In this document: one piece after another, positions 52,273 through 62,994 of the stretch
How positions within the stretch are numbered: position 1 is the first letter of the stretch
How the letters are laid out: each line of letters begins with the position of its first letter
Assembly (NCBI GenBank): GCA_944385655.1
Contig: CALWYC010000001.1
Span: 1,212 to 65,211 of the forward strand
DNA from: an uncultured Intestinimonas sp.
Lineage (GTDB): Bacteria; Bacillota; Clostridia; Oscillospirales; Oscillospiraceae
Reading direction: 5' to 3'
Length of the DNA stretch: 64,000 nt
The notes under the pieces: model-generated
Databases searched by the model: none
Told to the model about the DNA's origin: nothing
Seen by the model: only the letters and a program-made list of their open reading frames with translations
Made by a program: the position numbers and the translations under genes

Positions 52273-53478
52273 ATGTCCAAGGAGCTCATCCGTTTGACGG
52301 ACTGCGTCATGTCTTACGACGATGACATCGTACTGGATCATTTGAACCTCTATATCAATGACAAGGAATTCCTCACGCTGCTGGGTCCCAGCGGGTGCGG
52401 CAAGACGACCACCCTGCGCATCATCGGTGGTTTTCTGACCCCCACCTCTGGCGACGTTTTTTTTGACGGCGTGAGGATTAATGATGTTCCCCCCCATAAG
52501 CGGGCGGTGAACACCGTGTTCCAGAAGTATGCCCTGTTCCCCCATCTGAACGTGTTTGAGAACGTGGCCTTCGGCCTGCGCCTGGGCAGCACCGAGACCA
52601 CCCAGGTCAATGGCAAGCCGGTCACCCGGAAGGTGAAGCTCCCCGAGGCGGAGATCCGCCGCCGGGTCATGGAGATGCTGGAGGTGGTCAACCTCAAGGG
52701 CTTTGAAAAGCGCTCCATCTCCGCCCTCTCCGGCGGCCAGCAGCAGCGGGTGGCCATCGCCCGGGCCCTGGTGAACCGGCCCAAGGTGCTCCTGCTGGAC
52801 GAGCCCCTGGGCGCGCTGGACATGCGCCTGCGGAAGGACATGCAGAACGAGCTCAAACGCATCCAGCAGGAGATGGGCATCACCTTCATCTATGTCACCC
52901 ACGACCAGGAAGAGGCCCTGGCCATGAGCGACACGGTGGTGGTCATGGATGGAGGCCGCATCCAACAGATCGGTACCCCTGAGGACATTTATAACGAACC
53001 CAAAAACGCCTTTGTGGCCGACTTCATCGGCGAGAGCAACATCATCGACGGCATCATGCGCGCCGACGGGGTGGTGGAGATCTTTAACCGGAAGTTCCAG
53101 TGCCTGGACAAGGGCTTCGACAAGGACGAGCCGGTGGATGTGGTCATCCGGCCCGAGGACGTGGACATCGTGCCGGAAAACCAGGGCCAGCTCAAGGGCA
53201 CCGTCACCGCCGTCACCTTCAAGGGCGTCCACTACGACACCATCGTGGACTTCTACGGCTTCAAATGGCTCATCCAGACCACCGACTTCTGCCCCGTGGA
53301 CAGCCACATCGGCATCAAGATCGACCCCGACGGCATCCACGTCATGAAAAAGAGCGCCTATTCCGGCATGTTCGGCGACTACTCCTCCTATTCCGAGGAA
53401 TATGATGAGATCGGCGACGCGGACTACGATCCCGAACAGGAGGAGAGCTTCCGGGAGGACAGCCATGAAGAAGAATAA
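52273..53478 (+). CDS. potA: Spermidine/putrescine ABC transporter ATPase
   Basis: [22 protein letters not shown]; promoter TTGACA-17-TATATT. Confidence 0.93.
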   Translation: MSKELIRLTDCVMSYDDDIVLDHLNLYINDKEFLTLLGPSGCGKTTTLRIIGGFLTPTSGDVFFDGVRINDVPPHKRAVNTVFQKYALFPHLNVFENVAFGLRLGSTETTQVNGKPVTRKVKLPEAEIRRRVMEMLEVVNLKGFEKRSISALSGGQQQRVAIARALVNRPKVLLLDEPLGALDMRLRKDMQNELKRIQQEMGITFIYVTHDQEEALAMSDTVVVMDGGRIQQIGTPEDIYNEPKNAFVADFIGESNIIDGIMRADGVVEIFNRKFQCLDKGFDKDEPVDVVIRPEDVDIVPENQGQLKGTVTAVTFKGVHYDTIVDFYGFKWLIQTTDFCPVDSHIGIKIDPDGIHVMKKSAYSGMFGDYSSYSEEYDEIGDADYDPEQEESFREDSHEEE

Positions 53479-54322
53479 GCGCTCCCTCCTGGCCGTCCCC
53501 TACGTAGTCTGGATGGCCCTCTTTGTGGTCGCCCCCATCATCATGGTGGTGGTCTATGCCTTCAGCACCGCCAGCGGCGGCTTCACCCTGGACAACTTCA
53601 CCCGCATGGGGACCTATACCGTCATCTTCACCCGCTCCTTCAAGCTGGCCCTCATCGCCACGGCGGTGTGCCTGCTCATCGGCTACCCCCTCTCCTATAT
53701 CATGGCCAGGGAGGGCCCCCGGTTCCAGCGGGTGGGCATGATGCTCATCATGCTGCCCATGTGGGTCAACTTCCTGCTGCGGACCTACTCCTGGATGTCC
53801 ATTTTGGAGAAAAACGGCCTCATCAACCAGTTCTTCTCCGCCATCGGTCTCTTTGACCTCATCAACGCCGTCTTCGGCACCAACATCGAGTACTTCCACA
53901 TGATCGGCACCCAGGGGGCGGTGGTGCTGGGCATGGTCTACAACTACCTGCCCTTCATGATCCTGCCCATCTACTCGGTCATCGTCAAGCTGGACAACTC
54001 CCTGCTGGAGGCCGCCCGGGACCTGGGGGCCAACTCCACCGCCGTCTTCCGGAAGGTGATCTTCCCCCTGTCCCTGCCCGGCATCCTCTCCGGCGTGACC
54101 ATGGTGTTCGTCCCCTCGGTGTCCACCTTCGCCATCTCCCGCCTGCTGGGCGGCGGCACCCAGATGCTGCTGGGCGATCTCATCGAGCAGCAGTTTTTGG
54201 GCGGAGCCTATAACCCCCACCTGGGCAGCGCCATCGCCCTGGTGATGATGCTCATCGTCATCGTCTGTATGTGGGTCATGAACCACTTCGGCGAGGGCGA
54301 GGAACAGGCGGTGATGCTATGA
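53465..54322 (+). CDS. potB: Spermidine/putrescine ABC permease
   Basis: [22 protein letters not shown]. Confidence 0.92.
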   Translation: MKKNKRSLLAVPYVVWMALFVVAPIIMVVVYAFSTASGGFTLDNFTRMGTYTVIFTRSFKLALIATAVCLLIGYPLSYIMAREGPRFQRVGMMLIMLPMWVNFLLRTYSWMSILEKNGLINQFFSAIGLFDLINAVFGTNIEYFHMIGTQGAVVLGMVYNYLPFMILPIYSVIVKLDNSLLEAARDLGANSTAVFRKVIFPLSLPGILSGVTMVFVPSVSTFAISRLLGGGTQMLLGDLIEQQFLGGAYNPHLGSAIALVMMLIVIVCMWVMNHFGEGEEQAVML

Positions 54323-55209
54323 GCCTGCAAAAGAAAAACGGGGTGCTCAACCGGCTGTTCATGGGCCTGGTCTTCCTCTTTCTGTACGCCCCCATCTTCC
54401 TGCTCATCGTCTTCTCCTTCAACGCCGGCAACAGCAGCGTGGTGTGGAAGGGCTTTTCCCTCCACTGGTACGTGGAGCTCTTTCAGGACCGGCTCATCAT
54501 GCAGAGCATTTACACCACCCTGCTGGTCTCCCTGCTGGCCACCGCCATCGCCACCGTGGCCGGCACCTTCGCCTCCATCGGCTTCTACGCCATGCGCCGC
54601 CGGTGGCGGGACCCCCTGATGACGGTGAACTCCATCCCCATGATGAACGCCGACATCGTCACCGGCGTCAGCCTGTGCCTGCTCTTCGTGGCGGTCTTCG
54701 GTCTCTGGAACGAGTTCGCCGAAAACTACCGCCTCACCTTCAGCCTGTTCGGCGCGGTCTACCGCATCACCTTCCCCAGGCTCACCCTGGGCTTCGGCAC
54801 CCTGCTCATCGCCCACATCAGCTTCAACATCCCCTATGTGATCCTGTCGGTAGGCCCCAAGCTGCGGCAGATGGACAAGAACCTGGTGGACGCCGCCCAG
54901 GACCTGGGCTGCACCTGGTTCCAGGCCTTCTGGAAGGTCATCCTGCCTGAGATCATGCCGGGCATCGTCTCCGGCGCCCTCATCGCCTTCACCATGAGCG
55001 TGGACGACTTCGTCATCTCCTACTTCACCGCCGGCTCCGCCACCTCCACCCTGGCCATGGCCATCTACGGCATGACCAAGAAGCGGGTGAGCCCGGAGAT
55101 CAACGCCGTATCCACCCTGCTCTTCGTCACCGTGCTGGCCCTGCTGGTCATCGTCAATGTCCGGGAGGCCAGGGCGGAGAAGGCCGCCGCCGCACAGCGG
55201 TTCGACTGA
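54319..55209 (+). CDS. potC: Spermidine/putrescine ABC permease
   Basis: FLYAPI..FSFN, DAAQDLG, SVDDFVISYF, PEINA. Confidence 0.92.
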   Translation: MSLQKKNGVLNRLFMGLVFLFLYAPIFLLIVFSFNAGNSSVVWKGFSLHWYVELFQDRLIMQSIYTTLLVSLLATAIATVAGTFASIGFYAMRRRWRDPLMTVNSIPMMNADIVTGVSLCLLFVAVFGLWNEFAENYRLTFSLFGAVYRITFPRLTLGFGTLLIAHISFNIPYVILSVGPKLRQMDKNLVDAAQDLGCTWFQAFWKVILPEIMPGIVSGALIAFTMSVDDFVISYFTAGSATSTLAMAIYGMTKKRVSPEINAVSTLLFVTVLALLVIVNVREARAEKAAAAQRFD

Positions 55210-55269
55210 GGTCTTTTGGCCCAAGGGGCCTGAAGATAATATCACCTATTCAACTGGAGGAATGATCAA

Positions 55270-56403
55270 TTGAAGAAACTCGTAGCCCTGACCCTTGCCG
55301 GGTCCCTGGCGTTGGGCCTGTTCCTGACCGGCTGCTCCGTGGAGCAGGTAAGCAGCGAGCCCAATGAGACGGTTAGCAGCAGCGAAAGCGGCGCCGATAC
55401 CGGCGACCGCGTGCTCAATGTGTGCAACTGGGGCGAATACATCGACGAGAGCCTGATCACCCAATTCGAGGAGGAGACGGGGATCAAGGTCAACTACCAG
55501 ACCGCCGAGAGCAACGAGGCCCTGTACTCCCTGCTCAAAAGCGGCGGCGCCAACTACGACGTCATCTGCCCTTCTGACTATATGATCTCCCAGCTCATCG
55601 AGGAGGATATGCTCCAGCCCCTGGACTACAGCAAGATCCCCAACTTCGAGAAGATCGACACCCGGTTCAAGAACCTCTCCTACGACCCCGAGAACCTCTA
55701 CACCGTCCCCTACACCTGGGGCACCCTGGGCATCATCTACAACACCACCATGGTGGATGAGCCCATCACCAGCTGGAGCGCCATGTTTGACGAGCAGTAT
55801 GCCGGCGACGTGCTCCTCATCAACAACTCCCGGGACGCCCTGGGCATGGCCCTCTACTACCTGGGCTACTCCGTGAACACCACCGATGAGGCTCAGATCC
55901 GTGAGGCCTTCCAGCTCCTCTCCGACGCCGTGTCCAAGGGCGTCTACCAGGGCAAGGTCATGGATGAGGTCTTCCAGAAGATGGAGCAGGGCAACGCCGC
56001 CATCGCCACCTATTACGCCGGCGACTACCTGACCATGCTGGAGAACAACCCCGACCTGGCCTATGTGGTCCCCGAGGAGGGCTCCAACTGGTTCGTGGAC
56101 GCCATGTGCATCCTCAAGGACGCCCAGAACGTGGACGAGGCCCACGAGTGGATCAACTTCCTGGCCTCCACCGAGGCCAACCTGGCCAACATGGACTACA
56201 TCTGGTACGCCTCCCCCAACGCCGAGGCCCTGGAGCAGTACCCCGCCTACTATGAGGAGACCTACGGCGAGCCCCTGGACATGGAGCTCTACGAGATCAT
56301 GGCCGCTCCCCAGGAGGTGCTGGACCGCTGCGAGGCCTACCTGGTCCTCCCCGAGGCCACCCGCACCCTCTACAACGACCTGTGGATCGAGCTGGGCCTC
56401 TGA
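55270..56403 (+). CDS. potD: Spermidine/putrescine-binding lipoprotein
   Basis: Lipobox LTGC, NWGEYID, PSDYM, PYTWGT, PEEGS. Confidence 0.93.
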   Translation: MKKLVALTLAGSLALGLFLTGCSVEQVSSEPNETVSSSESGADTGDRVLNVCNWGEYIDESLITQFEEETGIKVNYQTAESNEALYSLLKSGGANYDVICPSDYMISQLIEEDMLQPLDYSKIPNFEKIDTRFKNLSYDPENLYTVPYTWGTLGIIYNTTMVDEPITSWSAMFDEQYAGDVLLINNSRDALGMALYYLGYSVNTTDEAQIREAFQLLSDAVSKGVYQGKVMDEVFQKMEQGNAAIATYYAGDYLTMLENNPDLAYVVPEEGSNWFVDAMCILKDAQNVDEAHEWINFLASTEANLANMDYIWYASPNAEALEQYPAYYEETYGEPLDMELYEIMAAPQEVLDRCEAYLVLPEATRTLYNDLWIELGL

Positions 56404-56521
56404 GCCACCCTCTCACACACAAAGGAGACATCCTGCGGGGTGTCTCCTTTTTTACTTGCCAGATCCCCGCCGATGGAGTACACTGTTACCGTGTTTCATC
56501 TATACAAAGGAGGAATTTCCC

Positions 56522-56917
56522 ATGTCCATCCCTGTTGGCGCCAAGGGCCGCGCCGAGACCGTCGTCACCGAGCACAACACCGCCAATGCCGTGGGCTCCG
56601 GTCTGGTCCCCGTCTTCGCCACCCCCTATATGATCGCCCTCATGGAGAACGCCGCCGTCAACGCCCTCACCCCCTACATGAAGGAGAACCAGGGCACCGT
56701 GGGCACTCGTCTGGACGTCTCCCACGACTCCGCCACCCCCATCGGCATGAAGGTGTGGGCGGAGGCCGAGGTCACCGCCGTGGACGGCAAGGCCCTCACC
56801 TTCGCCGTCACCGCCTACGATGAGGCCGGCGTCATCGGCAAGGGCACCCACAACCGCTTCGTCATCACCGTGGACCGCTTCCTGGCCAAGGCCGAGAAGA
56901 AGAAAGAGGGGCGCTGA
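56522..56917 (+). CDS. FlK-like hotdog thioesterase
   Basis: GSGLVPVFATP..LMENAA..TVG..H..ATPIG. Confidence 0.9.
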   Translation: MSIPVGAKGRAETVVTEHNTANAVGSGLVPVFATPYMIALMENAAVNALTPYMKENQGTVGTRLDVSHDSATPIGMKVWAEAEVTAVDGKALTFAVTAYDEAGVIGKGTHNRFVITVDRFLAKAEKKKEGR

Positions 56918-56918
56918 G

Positions 56919-57401
56919 ATGGCCATCGAGAAGGTCCGGGCCTTTTTCCGCGCCAGAGGCATGGAGGACCGCATCCGGGAATTCGACGTGTCTAGCGCCA
57001 CCGTGGAGCTGGCCGCCCAGGCCGTGGGCTGCGAGGGCGCCCGCATCGGCAAGACCCTCTCCTTTACCCATGAGGACGGCGCCCTGCTCATCGTCTGCGC
57101 CGGCGACGCCAAGATCGACAACACCAAGTTTAAGGCCCAGTTCCACCACAAGGCCACCATGCTCACCCCCGAGCAGGTGCTGGCGTTCACCGGGGACATC
57201 ATCGGCGGCGTGTGCCCCTTCGCCATCGAGCACCCCAACGTCACCACCTATCTGGACGTCTCCCTCAAGCGCTTCGACATCGTCTATCCCGCCGCCGGCA
57301 GCGCCAACTCCGCCGTGGAGCTCTCCCTCCCCGAGCTGGAGGCCTGCTCCGGCAGCGCCGGCTGGATCGACGTGTGCAAGGGCTGGCAGACCGAGGGCTG
57401 A
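56919..57401 (+). CDS. YbaK/EbsC aminoacyl-tRNA editing family protein
   Basis: SSATVELAA, IGKTL, GGVCPF, PAAGS. Confidence 0.9.
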   Translation: MAIEKVRAFFRARGMEDRIREFDVSSATVELAAQAVGCEGARIGKTLSFTHEDGALLIVCAGDAKIDNTKFKAQFHHKATMLTPEQVLAFTGDIIGGVCPFAIEHPNVTTYLDVSLKRFDIVYPAAGSANSAVELSLPELEACSGSAGWIDVCKGWQTEG

Positions 57402-57463
57402 GCCATCGCCAAATACAGGAAAAGCGCCGGGCGGTTTTACCGTCCGGCGCTTCTTTTTGTTCA

Positions 57464-57790
57464 TTATGTATTGTGATCGCTCTGGTGGAACTGCTTCAGG
57501 TTGCCGATCTTGTGGCTGCGCTGCTCCAGCTCCTCCATCACGGCCTCCAGGGGTATGCCCTGCTGGACCATCATGACGGTCAGGTGGTAGATGAGGTCAG
57601 AAATCTCCCCCACCGTATCGCTCTCCACGCCGTTCTTGGCGGCGATGATGGTCTCGCTGCACTCCTCCCCCACCTTCTTGAGAATCTTGTCCAGGCCCTT
57701 GTCGAAGAGGTAGCAGGTATAGGAGCCCTCCTGGGGGTTGGCCTTTCGGTCCAGCACCACCTGGTAGAGCTTGGCTAAGGTGTCGTTCAT
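57464..57790 (-). CDS. hisE: Phosphoribosyl-ATP pyrophosphatase
   Basis: SYT..LF.KG..KILKKVGEE..EISDLIYH. Confidence 0.95.
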   Translation of the reverse strand: MNDTLAKLYQVVLDRKANPQEGSYTCYLFDKGLDKILKKVGEECSETIIAAKNGVESDTVGEISDLIYHLTVMMVQQGIPLEAVMEELEQRSHKIGNLKQFHQSDHNT

Positions 57791-58128
57791 GGCACATCGT
57801 CCTTTCCGTTCATGGGAATCTCATTGAAAAAGCAGCTCCGGGCCCCGGTGTGGCAGGTGGGGCCGTCGGGTCGGCACAGGTAGAGGAGGGTGTCGGTGTC
57901 ACAGTCGGTCATGACACGCTCCACGTGGAGGAAGTTTCCCGAGGTCTCCCCCTTGTTCCACAGCTGCTGCCGGCTCCGGGACCAGAACCAGGCCGTCCCG
58001 GTCTTTAAGGTCAGCTCCACCGCCTCCTTGTTGGTGAAGCCCAGCATGAGCACCTCCCTGGTCTCCGCGTCCTGGATGATGACGGGGATCAGGTTGCTCT
58101 TCTGAAACAGTTGATCCAGATCAAACAT
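57787..58128 (-). CDS. hisI: Phosphoribosyl-AMP cyclohydrolase
   Basis: WSRSRQQLWNKGETSG, DCDTD, CHTG..SCF. Confidence 0.95.
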   Translation of the reverse strand: MFDLDQLFQKSNLIPVIIQDAETREVLMLGFTNKEAVELTLKTGTAWFWSRSRQQLWNKGETSGNFLHVERVMTDCDTDTLLYLCRPDGPTCHTGARSCFFNEIPMNGKDDVP

Positions 58129-58135
58129 TGGCTTC

Positions 58136-58402
58136 TCAGCCCTCCCAGGGGGGCCGTTCCTCCTTCCAGTCCCAGGGGTCCTCTCCCCGTTTCTCCCGCT
58201 TGGCGGTGGTCTTGCCTACCGTACGGTTCTGGTGGGAAGGCTTTGGGGCCGCCTTCCGGGCCGGCTGGGCGGGGCGGCCCCGCTCCCGGCTCGCATACTT
58301 GGCGGCGGCAGTTCCCCGCCGCTTCCGGGTGCTGTCGCTCAGAAATTCCGCCGCCGAGTCCCCCACCAGGTCGGCGGCCAGCTCCAGCAGATCGTCCAGC
58401 AT
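58136..58402 (-). CDS. Small hypothetical protein within the his operon
   Basis: 88 aa, RBS GAGGAGG overlapping the hisF stop, fills the hisF-hisI gap. Confidence 0.55.
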   Translation of the reverse strand: MLDDLLELAADLVGDSAAEFLSDSTRKRRGTAAAKYASRERGRPAQPARKAAPKPSHQNRTVGKTTAKREKRGEDPWDWKEERPPWEG

Positions 58403-58414
58403 GGTCTTCCCTCC

Positions 58415-59170
58415 TCAGCGCACCGGGATGCTCCGCTCCCGGAGATAGTCCTTCACCTGGGGCACGGTCAGCTCCCCGAAGTGGAACAGGGAGGCCGCCA
58501 GGGCGGCGTCGCAGTTGGTCTCTTCAAACACCTCTGCGAAGTGGGCCAGGGAGCCGCAGCCCCCGGAGGCAATGACGGGAATGGAGACGGCGTCGGTAAC
58601 GGCCTTGGTCATGGCAAGGTCAAAACCTGCCTTGGTGCCGTCGGCGTCCATGGAGGTGAGCAGGATCTCCCCCGCCCCCAGGGCCTCCCCCTGCTTCACC
58701 CACTCGATGAGGTCGATGCCGGTAGGCTTGCGCCCGCCGGCCACCACGACTTCCCAGGTACCGTCCCCCTGGCTCCGGGCGTCCACGGCCAGCACCACAC
58801 ACTGGGAGCCGAACCGCTCCGCCGCCTCGGAAATGAGCTCCGGCCGGGCCACGGCGGCGGAGTTCACCGAGATCTTGTCCGCCCCCGCCCGCAGCAGCCG
58901 CCGGAAATCCTCCAGGGTCCGGATGCCGCCCCCCACGGTGAGGGGCACAAAGACCTGGGACGCGGTGCGCTCCACCACGTCGGCCACGGTGTCCCGGGCG
59001 TCGCTGGTGGCGGTGATATCCAGGAAGACGATCTCGTCGGCCCCCTGGTCCGAGTAATACTTGGCCAGCTCCACCGGGTCGCCGGCATCCCGGATATTGA
59101 CAAAGTTGACCCCCTTCACCACCCGGCCGTCCCGGACGTCCAGGCAAGGGATGATCCGTTTGGCTAGCAT
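58415..59170 (-). CDS. hisF: Imidazole glycerol phosphate synthase cyclase subunit
   Basis: [27 protein letters not shown]. Confidence 0.97.
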   Translation of the reverse strand: MLAKRIIPCLDVRDGRVVKGVNFVNIRDAGDPVELAKYYSDQGADEIVFLDITATSDARDTVADVVERTASQVFVPLTVGGGIRTLEDFRRLLRAGADKISVNSAAVARPELISEAAERFGSQCVVLAVDARSQGDGTWEVVVAGGRKPTGIDLIEWVKQGEALGAGEILLTSMDADGTKAGFDLAMTKAVTDAVSIPVIASGGCGSLAHFAEVFEETNCDAALAASLFHFGELTVPQVKDYLRERSIPVR

Positions 59171-59889
59171 TGGGGACCCGCCTCCTTTACCGCCTCCGCC
59201 AGATCCAGGGTACCGGCGTAATAGGCCTTGCCAATGATAGCGGCGTAGAGCCCCATATCCCGCAGGCGCTTGATGTCATCCAGGGTAGCGACCCCGCCGG
59301 AGGCCACGATGCGGCAGCCCACCGCCTTCTGAAGGGCGATAAGCTGGTCATAGGAGGGCCCGGAGAGCATGCCGTCGGTGGCGATGTCGGTATAGACGAT
59401 GGTCTGCACCCCCAGGGCCTCCATCTGCTCGGCAAAAGCCACGGCATCCAGCCCGGCGTCCTCCTCCCAGCCGGCGGTGCGGACCTTGCCGTTCAGGCAG
59501 TCGATGCCCACCGCCACCCGGTCGCCCCCCCACTGGTTCAGGGCGTAGGCGACCACCTCCGGGTGGGTGACGGCAGCGGAGCCGATGACCGCCCGGGCCA
59601 CGCCAGACTCCACCACGGTGATGAGGTCGGGGACGGTCTTGATACCGCCCCCCAGCTCCACCTTCAGGCCGGACTGCCGGATGACCTCATAGATGAAGGG
59701 GAAATTCTTCCGGGTGCCGTCCCGGGCACCGTCCAGGTCCACCATGTGGACCCAGGCGGCGCCGGCGTCGGCAAAGCGGCGGGCGGTCTCCAGGGCGCTG
59801 CTCGCCACCTGGTGGACCGTGTCAAAATCCCCTTTTTTCAGACGGACGCAGCGGCCGTCCTTCATATCGATGGCAGGCAGCAGGATCAT
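59164..59889 (-). CDS. hisA: ProFAR isomerase
   Basis: [32 protein letters not shown]. Confidence 0.97.
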   Translation of the reverse strand: MILLPAIDMKDGRCVRLKKGDFDTVHQVASSALETARRFADAGAAWVHMVDLDGARDGTRKNFPFIYEVIRQSGLKVELGGGIKTVPDLITVVESGVARAVIGSAAVTHPEVVAYALNQWGGDRVAVGIDCLNGKVRTAGWEEDAGLDAVAFAEQMEALGVQTIVYTDIATDGMLSGPSYDQLIALQKAVGCRIVASGGVATLDDIKRLRDMGLYAAIIGKAYYAGTLDLAEAVKEAGPQC

Positions 59890-60494
59890 CGGTTCAGTCC
59901 TCCAAAATTCTTCAGGATCTGCAGGCCCACCTCGCCGCTCTTCTCCGGGTGGAACTGGCAGCCGTACACGTTCCCCTTCCCCACGGCGGCGGTCACCGAA
60001 ACGCCGTAGTCGGCGACGGCGATGACGTCGCCGGGGTCGGCGGCCACGGCGCAGAAGGAGTGGACGAAGTAGACATAGCTCCCCGGCTCCACCCCGGCAA
60101 AGAGGGGGGAGGGATTGGGGAAGGTCAGGCTGTTCCAGCCGATGTGGGGCAGCTTACAGGGGGTCTCGATCTTTTTCACGCTGCCGCCCACCAGGCCCAG
60201 ACCGGCACAGGGCCGCACCTCCTCCCCCAGTTCAAAGAGGAGCTGCATCCCCAGACAGATGCCCAGAATGGGCTTCTTGTCCGCCTGGGCCAGGATGGCC
60301 TGGTCCAGCCCCGTCCCCCGCAGCTTCTCGGCCGCGTCGGGGAAGGCCCCCACGCCGGGCAGGATGATGGCGTCGGCCCTTTCCAGCTCCCCGGCGTCGC
60401 CGGTGACCCGGCTCTCCAGGCCCAGGTAGGCCATGGCGTTGGTGACGCTCTTCAGGTTGCCCACGCCGTAGTCCACGATGGCGGTGTAGCCCAT
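59886..60494 (-). CDS. hisH: Imidazole glycerol phosphate synthase glutaminase subunit
   Basis: DYGVGN, LPGVG, GICLGMQ, QFHPEKS. Confidence 0.97.
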   Translation of the reverse strand: MGYTAIVDYGVGNLKSVTNAMAYLGLESRVTGDAGELERADAIILPGVGAFPDAAEKLRGTGLDQAILAQADKKPILGICLGMQLLFELGEEVRPCAGLGLVGGSVKKIETPCKLPHIGWNSLTFPNPSPLFAGVEPGSYVYFVHSFCAVAADPGDVIAVADYGVSVTAAVGKGNVYGCQFHPEKSGEVGLQILKNFGGLNR

Positions 60495-61069
60495 CAGAGC
60501 ACCCCCTTGGTGGAGGTAACGCCGGTGCCGGTGATGGCCACGGCCTCCTTCACCGACACCCCCAGGGACTTGAAGAGGGCCTCGGTGATGTGGTGGGCGT
60601 TTTTCCCATAGAGGCACTTCATATGGAGGGTCAGGCCGCTGTTCACCGCGAAGGCCCGCATGAACTCCTCGGTGAGGCAGGAATCATAGCCCCCGATCAT
60701 GGGCTGGGGCATGTCGGCGTCAAAAACCAGGAAGGGGCGGTTGGAGAAATCCAGGGCGGTGAAGCACAAGGCCTCATCCATAGGGATATAGGCGGATGCG
60801 AAACGGCGGATGCCCTTCCGGTCCCCCAGGGCCTCCCGCATGGCCTGGCCCAGGACGATGCCCACGTCCTCCACGGTGTGGTGGCCGTCTACCTCCAGGT
60901 CCCCCTGCACCTCCAGCTTCAGCCCCAGGCCGCCGTAGAAGGCGAAGGCGGTGAGCATGTGGTCGAAAAAGCCGATGCCGGTGGAGACCTCTACTTCCCC
61001 GCCCTCCAGAGCGAGGGAGAGCCGGATGTCGGTCTCCTTGGTCTTGCGGCTCAGTGTGGCCTCTCTCAT
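60494..61069 (-). CDS. hisB: Imidazoleglycerol-phosphate dehydratase
   Basis: TGIGFFDHML, DGHHTVED, PMDE, NAHH. Confidence 0.97.
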   Translation of the reverse strand: MREATLSRKTKETDIRLSLALEGGEVEVSTGIGFFDHMLTAFAFYGGLGLKLEVQGDLEVDGHHTVEDVGIVLGQAMREALGDRKGIRRFASAYIPMDEALCFTALDFSNRPFLVFDADMPQPMIGGYDSCLTEEFMRAFAVNSGLTLHMKCLYGKNAHHITEALFKSLGVSVKEAVAITGTGVTSTKGVL

Positions 61070-61081
61070 GTTCCTCCTCCT

Positions 61082-62356
61082 TTACTCGAACCGCACCCGG
61101 ATGGAATTGGCGTGGGCAGTGAGCTTCTCCGCCTCGGCCAGGGTGATGATCTGGTCCCTGATGGGGGCCAGGCTCTTCTCGTCGTACTGGATGACGCTCA
61201 TGGTCTTGAGAAAGCTGTCCACGCTCAGGGGGGAGAAGAACCGGGCGGTGCCGCTGGTGGGCAGCACGTGGTCCGGCCCGGCCAGGTAATCTCCCAGAGG
61301 CTCCGGGGACCAGCTCCCCAGGAAGACGGCGCCGGCGTTTTTGATCTTGGGCAGCAGGGCCCGGGGGTGGTTGGTGACGATCTCCAGGTGCTCCGGCGCG
61401 ATCTCGTTGGCCAGGGCGGCGCAGTCGTCCAGGTCCTTGCAGACGATGGCGCAGCCGAAGTCCCGGAGGGACTGCTCCATGATCTCAGACCGGCTCAGGT
61501 AGCCGGTCTGGCGGATGATCTCGGCGTCCACCGCCTTCGCCAGCTCCATAGAGTCGGTGAGCAGCACGGCGGAGGCCAGCTTGTCGTGCTCGGCCTGGCT
61601 CAGGAGGTCGGCGGCCACGAATTTGGCCTGGGCGCTGCCGTCGGCGATGACCAGCACCTCAGAGGGGCCGGCCACCATGTCGATGTCCAGCTCGCCGTAG
61701 GCCATGCGTTTGGCGGTGGCCACAAAGGCGTTGCCCGGCCCCACCAGCTTGTCCACCTTGGGGATGAAGCCCGCCCCGTAGGTGAGGGCGGCCACCGCCT
61801 GGGCCCCGCCCACGGCGATGCAGCGGTCCACCCCGGCGATCTTCGCGGCGGCCAGGACGGCGTCGCTGAGGTTCTCTGTGGGGGGCGTCACCATGACGAT
61901 CTCCCCCACCCCCGCCACCTTGGCGGGGACGGCGTTCATAAGGACGCTGCTGGGGTAGGCCGCCGTGCCGCCGGGCACATAGATGCCCACCCGGCTCAGG
62001 CCCCGGACCACCCGGCCCACGATACCGCCGTCGGGGGAGGTCCACTCCTGGCTCTTCACCAGCAGCCTTTCGTTGTAGTCCCGGATATTGGCCGCCACCC
62101 GCTCCAGGGCGGCGATGAGCTCCTTGTGGCAGCGGTCGTAGGCCGCCGCCAGCTCCGCCTGGGTGAGCTCGTAGGGCTCCTTGCGGTCGAATTTGAGGGA
62201 GTACTCCTTCACGGCTTCGTATCCCCGGGCCTTCACGTCCGCCATGACGGCGGACACCGCCTTCTGGATGTCGGCCCCCACCTGGGCGGCCCGGGCCCGC
62301 ATGGCGGCGATCCGGGCCTGTTCCGCCTGCCCGTCGGCTTTGATGATCTCGATCAT
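61082..62356 (-). CDS. hisD: Histidinol dehydrogenase
   Basis: YVPGG, GPGN, AGPSE, QAEHD, PEHL, GDY. Confidence 0.97.
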   Translation of the reverse strand: MIEIIKADGQAEQARIAAMRARAAQVGADIQKAVSAVMADVKARGYEAVKEYSLKFDRKEPYELTQAELAAAYDRCHKELIAALERVAANIRDYNERLLVKSQEWTSPDGGIVGRVVRGLSRVGIYVPGGTAAYPSSVLMNAVPAKVAGVGEIVMVTPPTENLSDAVLAAAKIAGVDRCIAVGGAQAVAALTYGAGFIPKVDKLVGPGNAFVATAKRMAYGELDIDMVAGPSEVLVIADGSAQAKFVAADLLSQAEHDKLASAVLLTDSMELAKAVDAEIIRQTGYLSRSEIMEQSLRDFGCAIVCKDLDDCAALANEIAPEHLEIVTNHPRALLPKIKNAGAVFLGSWSPEPLGDYLAGPDHVLPTSGTARFFSPLSVDSFLKTMSVIQYDEKSLAPIRDQIITLAEAEKLTAHANSIRVRFE

Positions 62357-62994
62357 GACCGTCTCTCCAATTCCCGCTCGCAGCGGCTGATAAAGTCGTC
62401 GATGGCCGCCTTGTGGAGCTTCATGCTGGCAGTGTTGACGATGAGCCGGGCGCTCACCTGAGCCACGTCCTCGATGGGCACCAGGCCGTTGGCCTTCAGG
62501 GTGGAGCCCGTCTCCACGATGTCCACGATGGCGTCGGCCAGGTCCAGGATGGGGGCCAGCTCCACAGAGCCCTCGATCTTGATGATGTCCACGTCCATGC
62601 CCTTCTTTTCAAAGAAGGCACGGGCCACGTTGGGGTATTTGCTGGCGATGCGCCGGGTCTTGTAGGTGCCGTAGAAGTCGGTCCCCTCCTTCACCGCCAG
62701 GGCGAAGCGGCACTTGCCGAACCCCAGGTCCAGCACCTCATAAAAGGACTTCCCCTGCTCCAGGATGGTGTCCTTGCCCACGATGCCCAGGTCGCACACC
62801 CCGTGCTCCACGTAGGTGATGACGTCGGGCGCCTTGGCCAGCACCGCCTCCAGGGGGTAGTTGGGGATGGTGTGGACCAGCCGACGGCCCGGGTCCTTGA
62901 TGGGGGAGCAGTCCAGGCCCATGGCCTCGAAGAGCTCCACACTCTTGTCCTGGAGCCGCCCTTTGGTGAGGGCGATCCGCAATGGCTCGCTCAC
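62353..62994 (-). CDS. hisG: ATP phosphoribosyltransferase (short form)
   Basis: IALTKGRL, DLGIVGKD, ASKYP, GSVELAP, DIVETG. Confidence 0.95.
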   Translation of the reverse strand: MSEPLRIALTKGRLQDKSVELFEAMGLDCSPIKDPGRRLVHTIPNYPLEAVLAKAPDVITYVEHGVCDLGIVGKDTILEQGKSFYEVLDLGFGKCRFALAVKEGTDFYGTYKTRRIASKYPNVARAFFEKKGMDVDIIKIEGSVELAPILDLADAIVDIVETGSTLKANGLVPIEDVAQVSARLIVNTASMKLHKAAIDDFISRCERELERRS

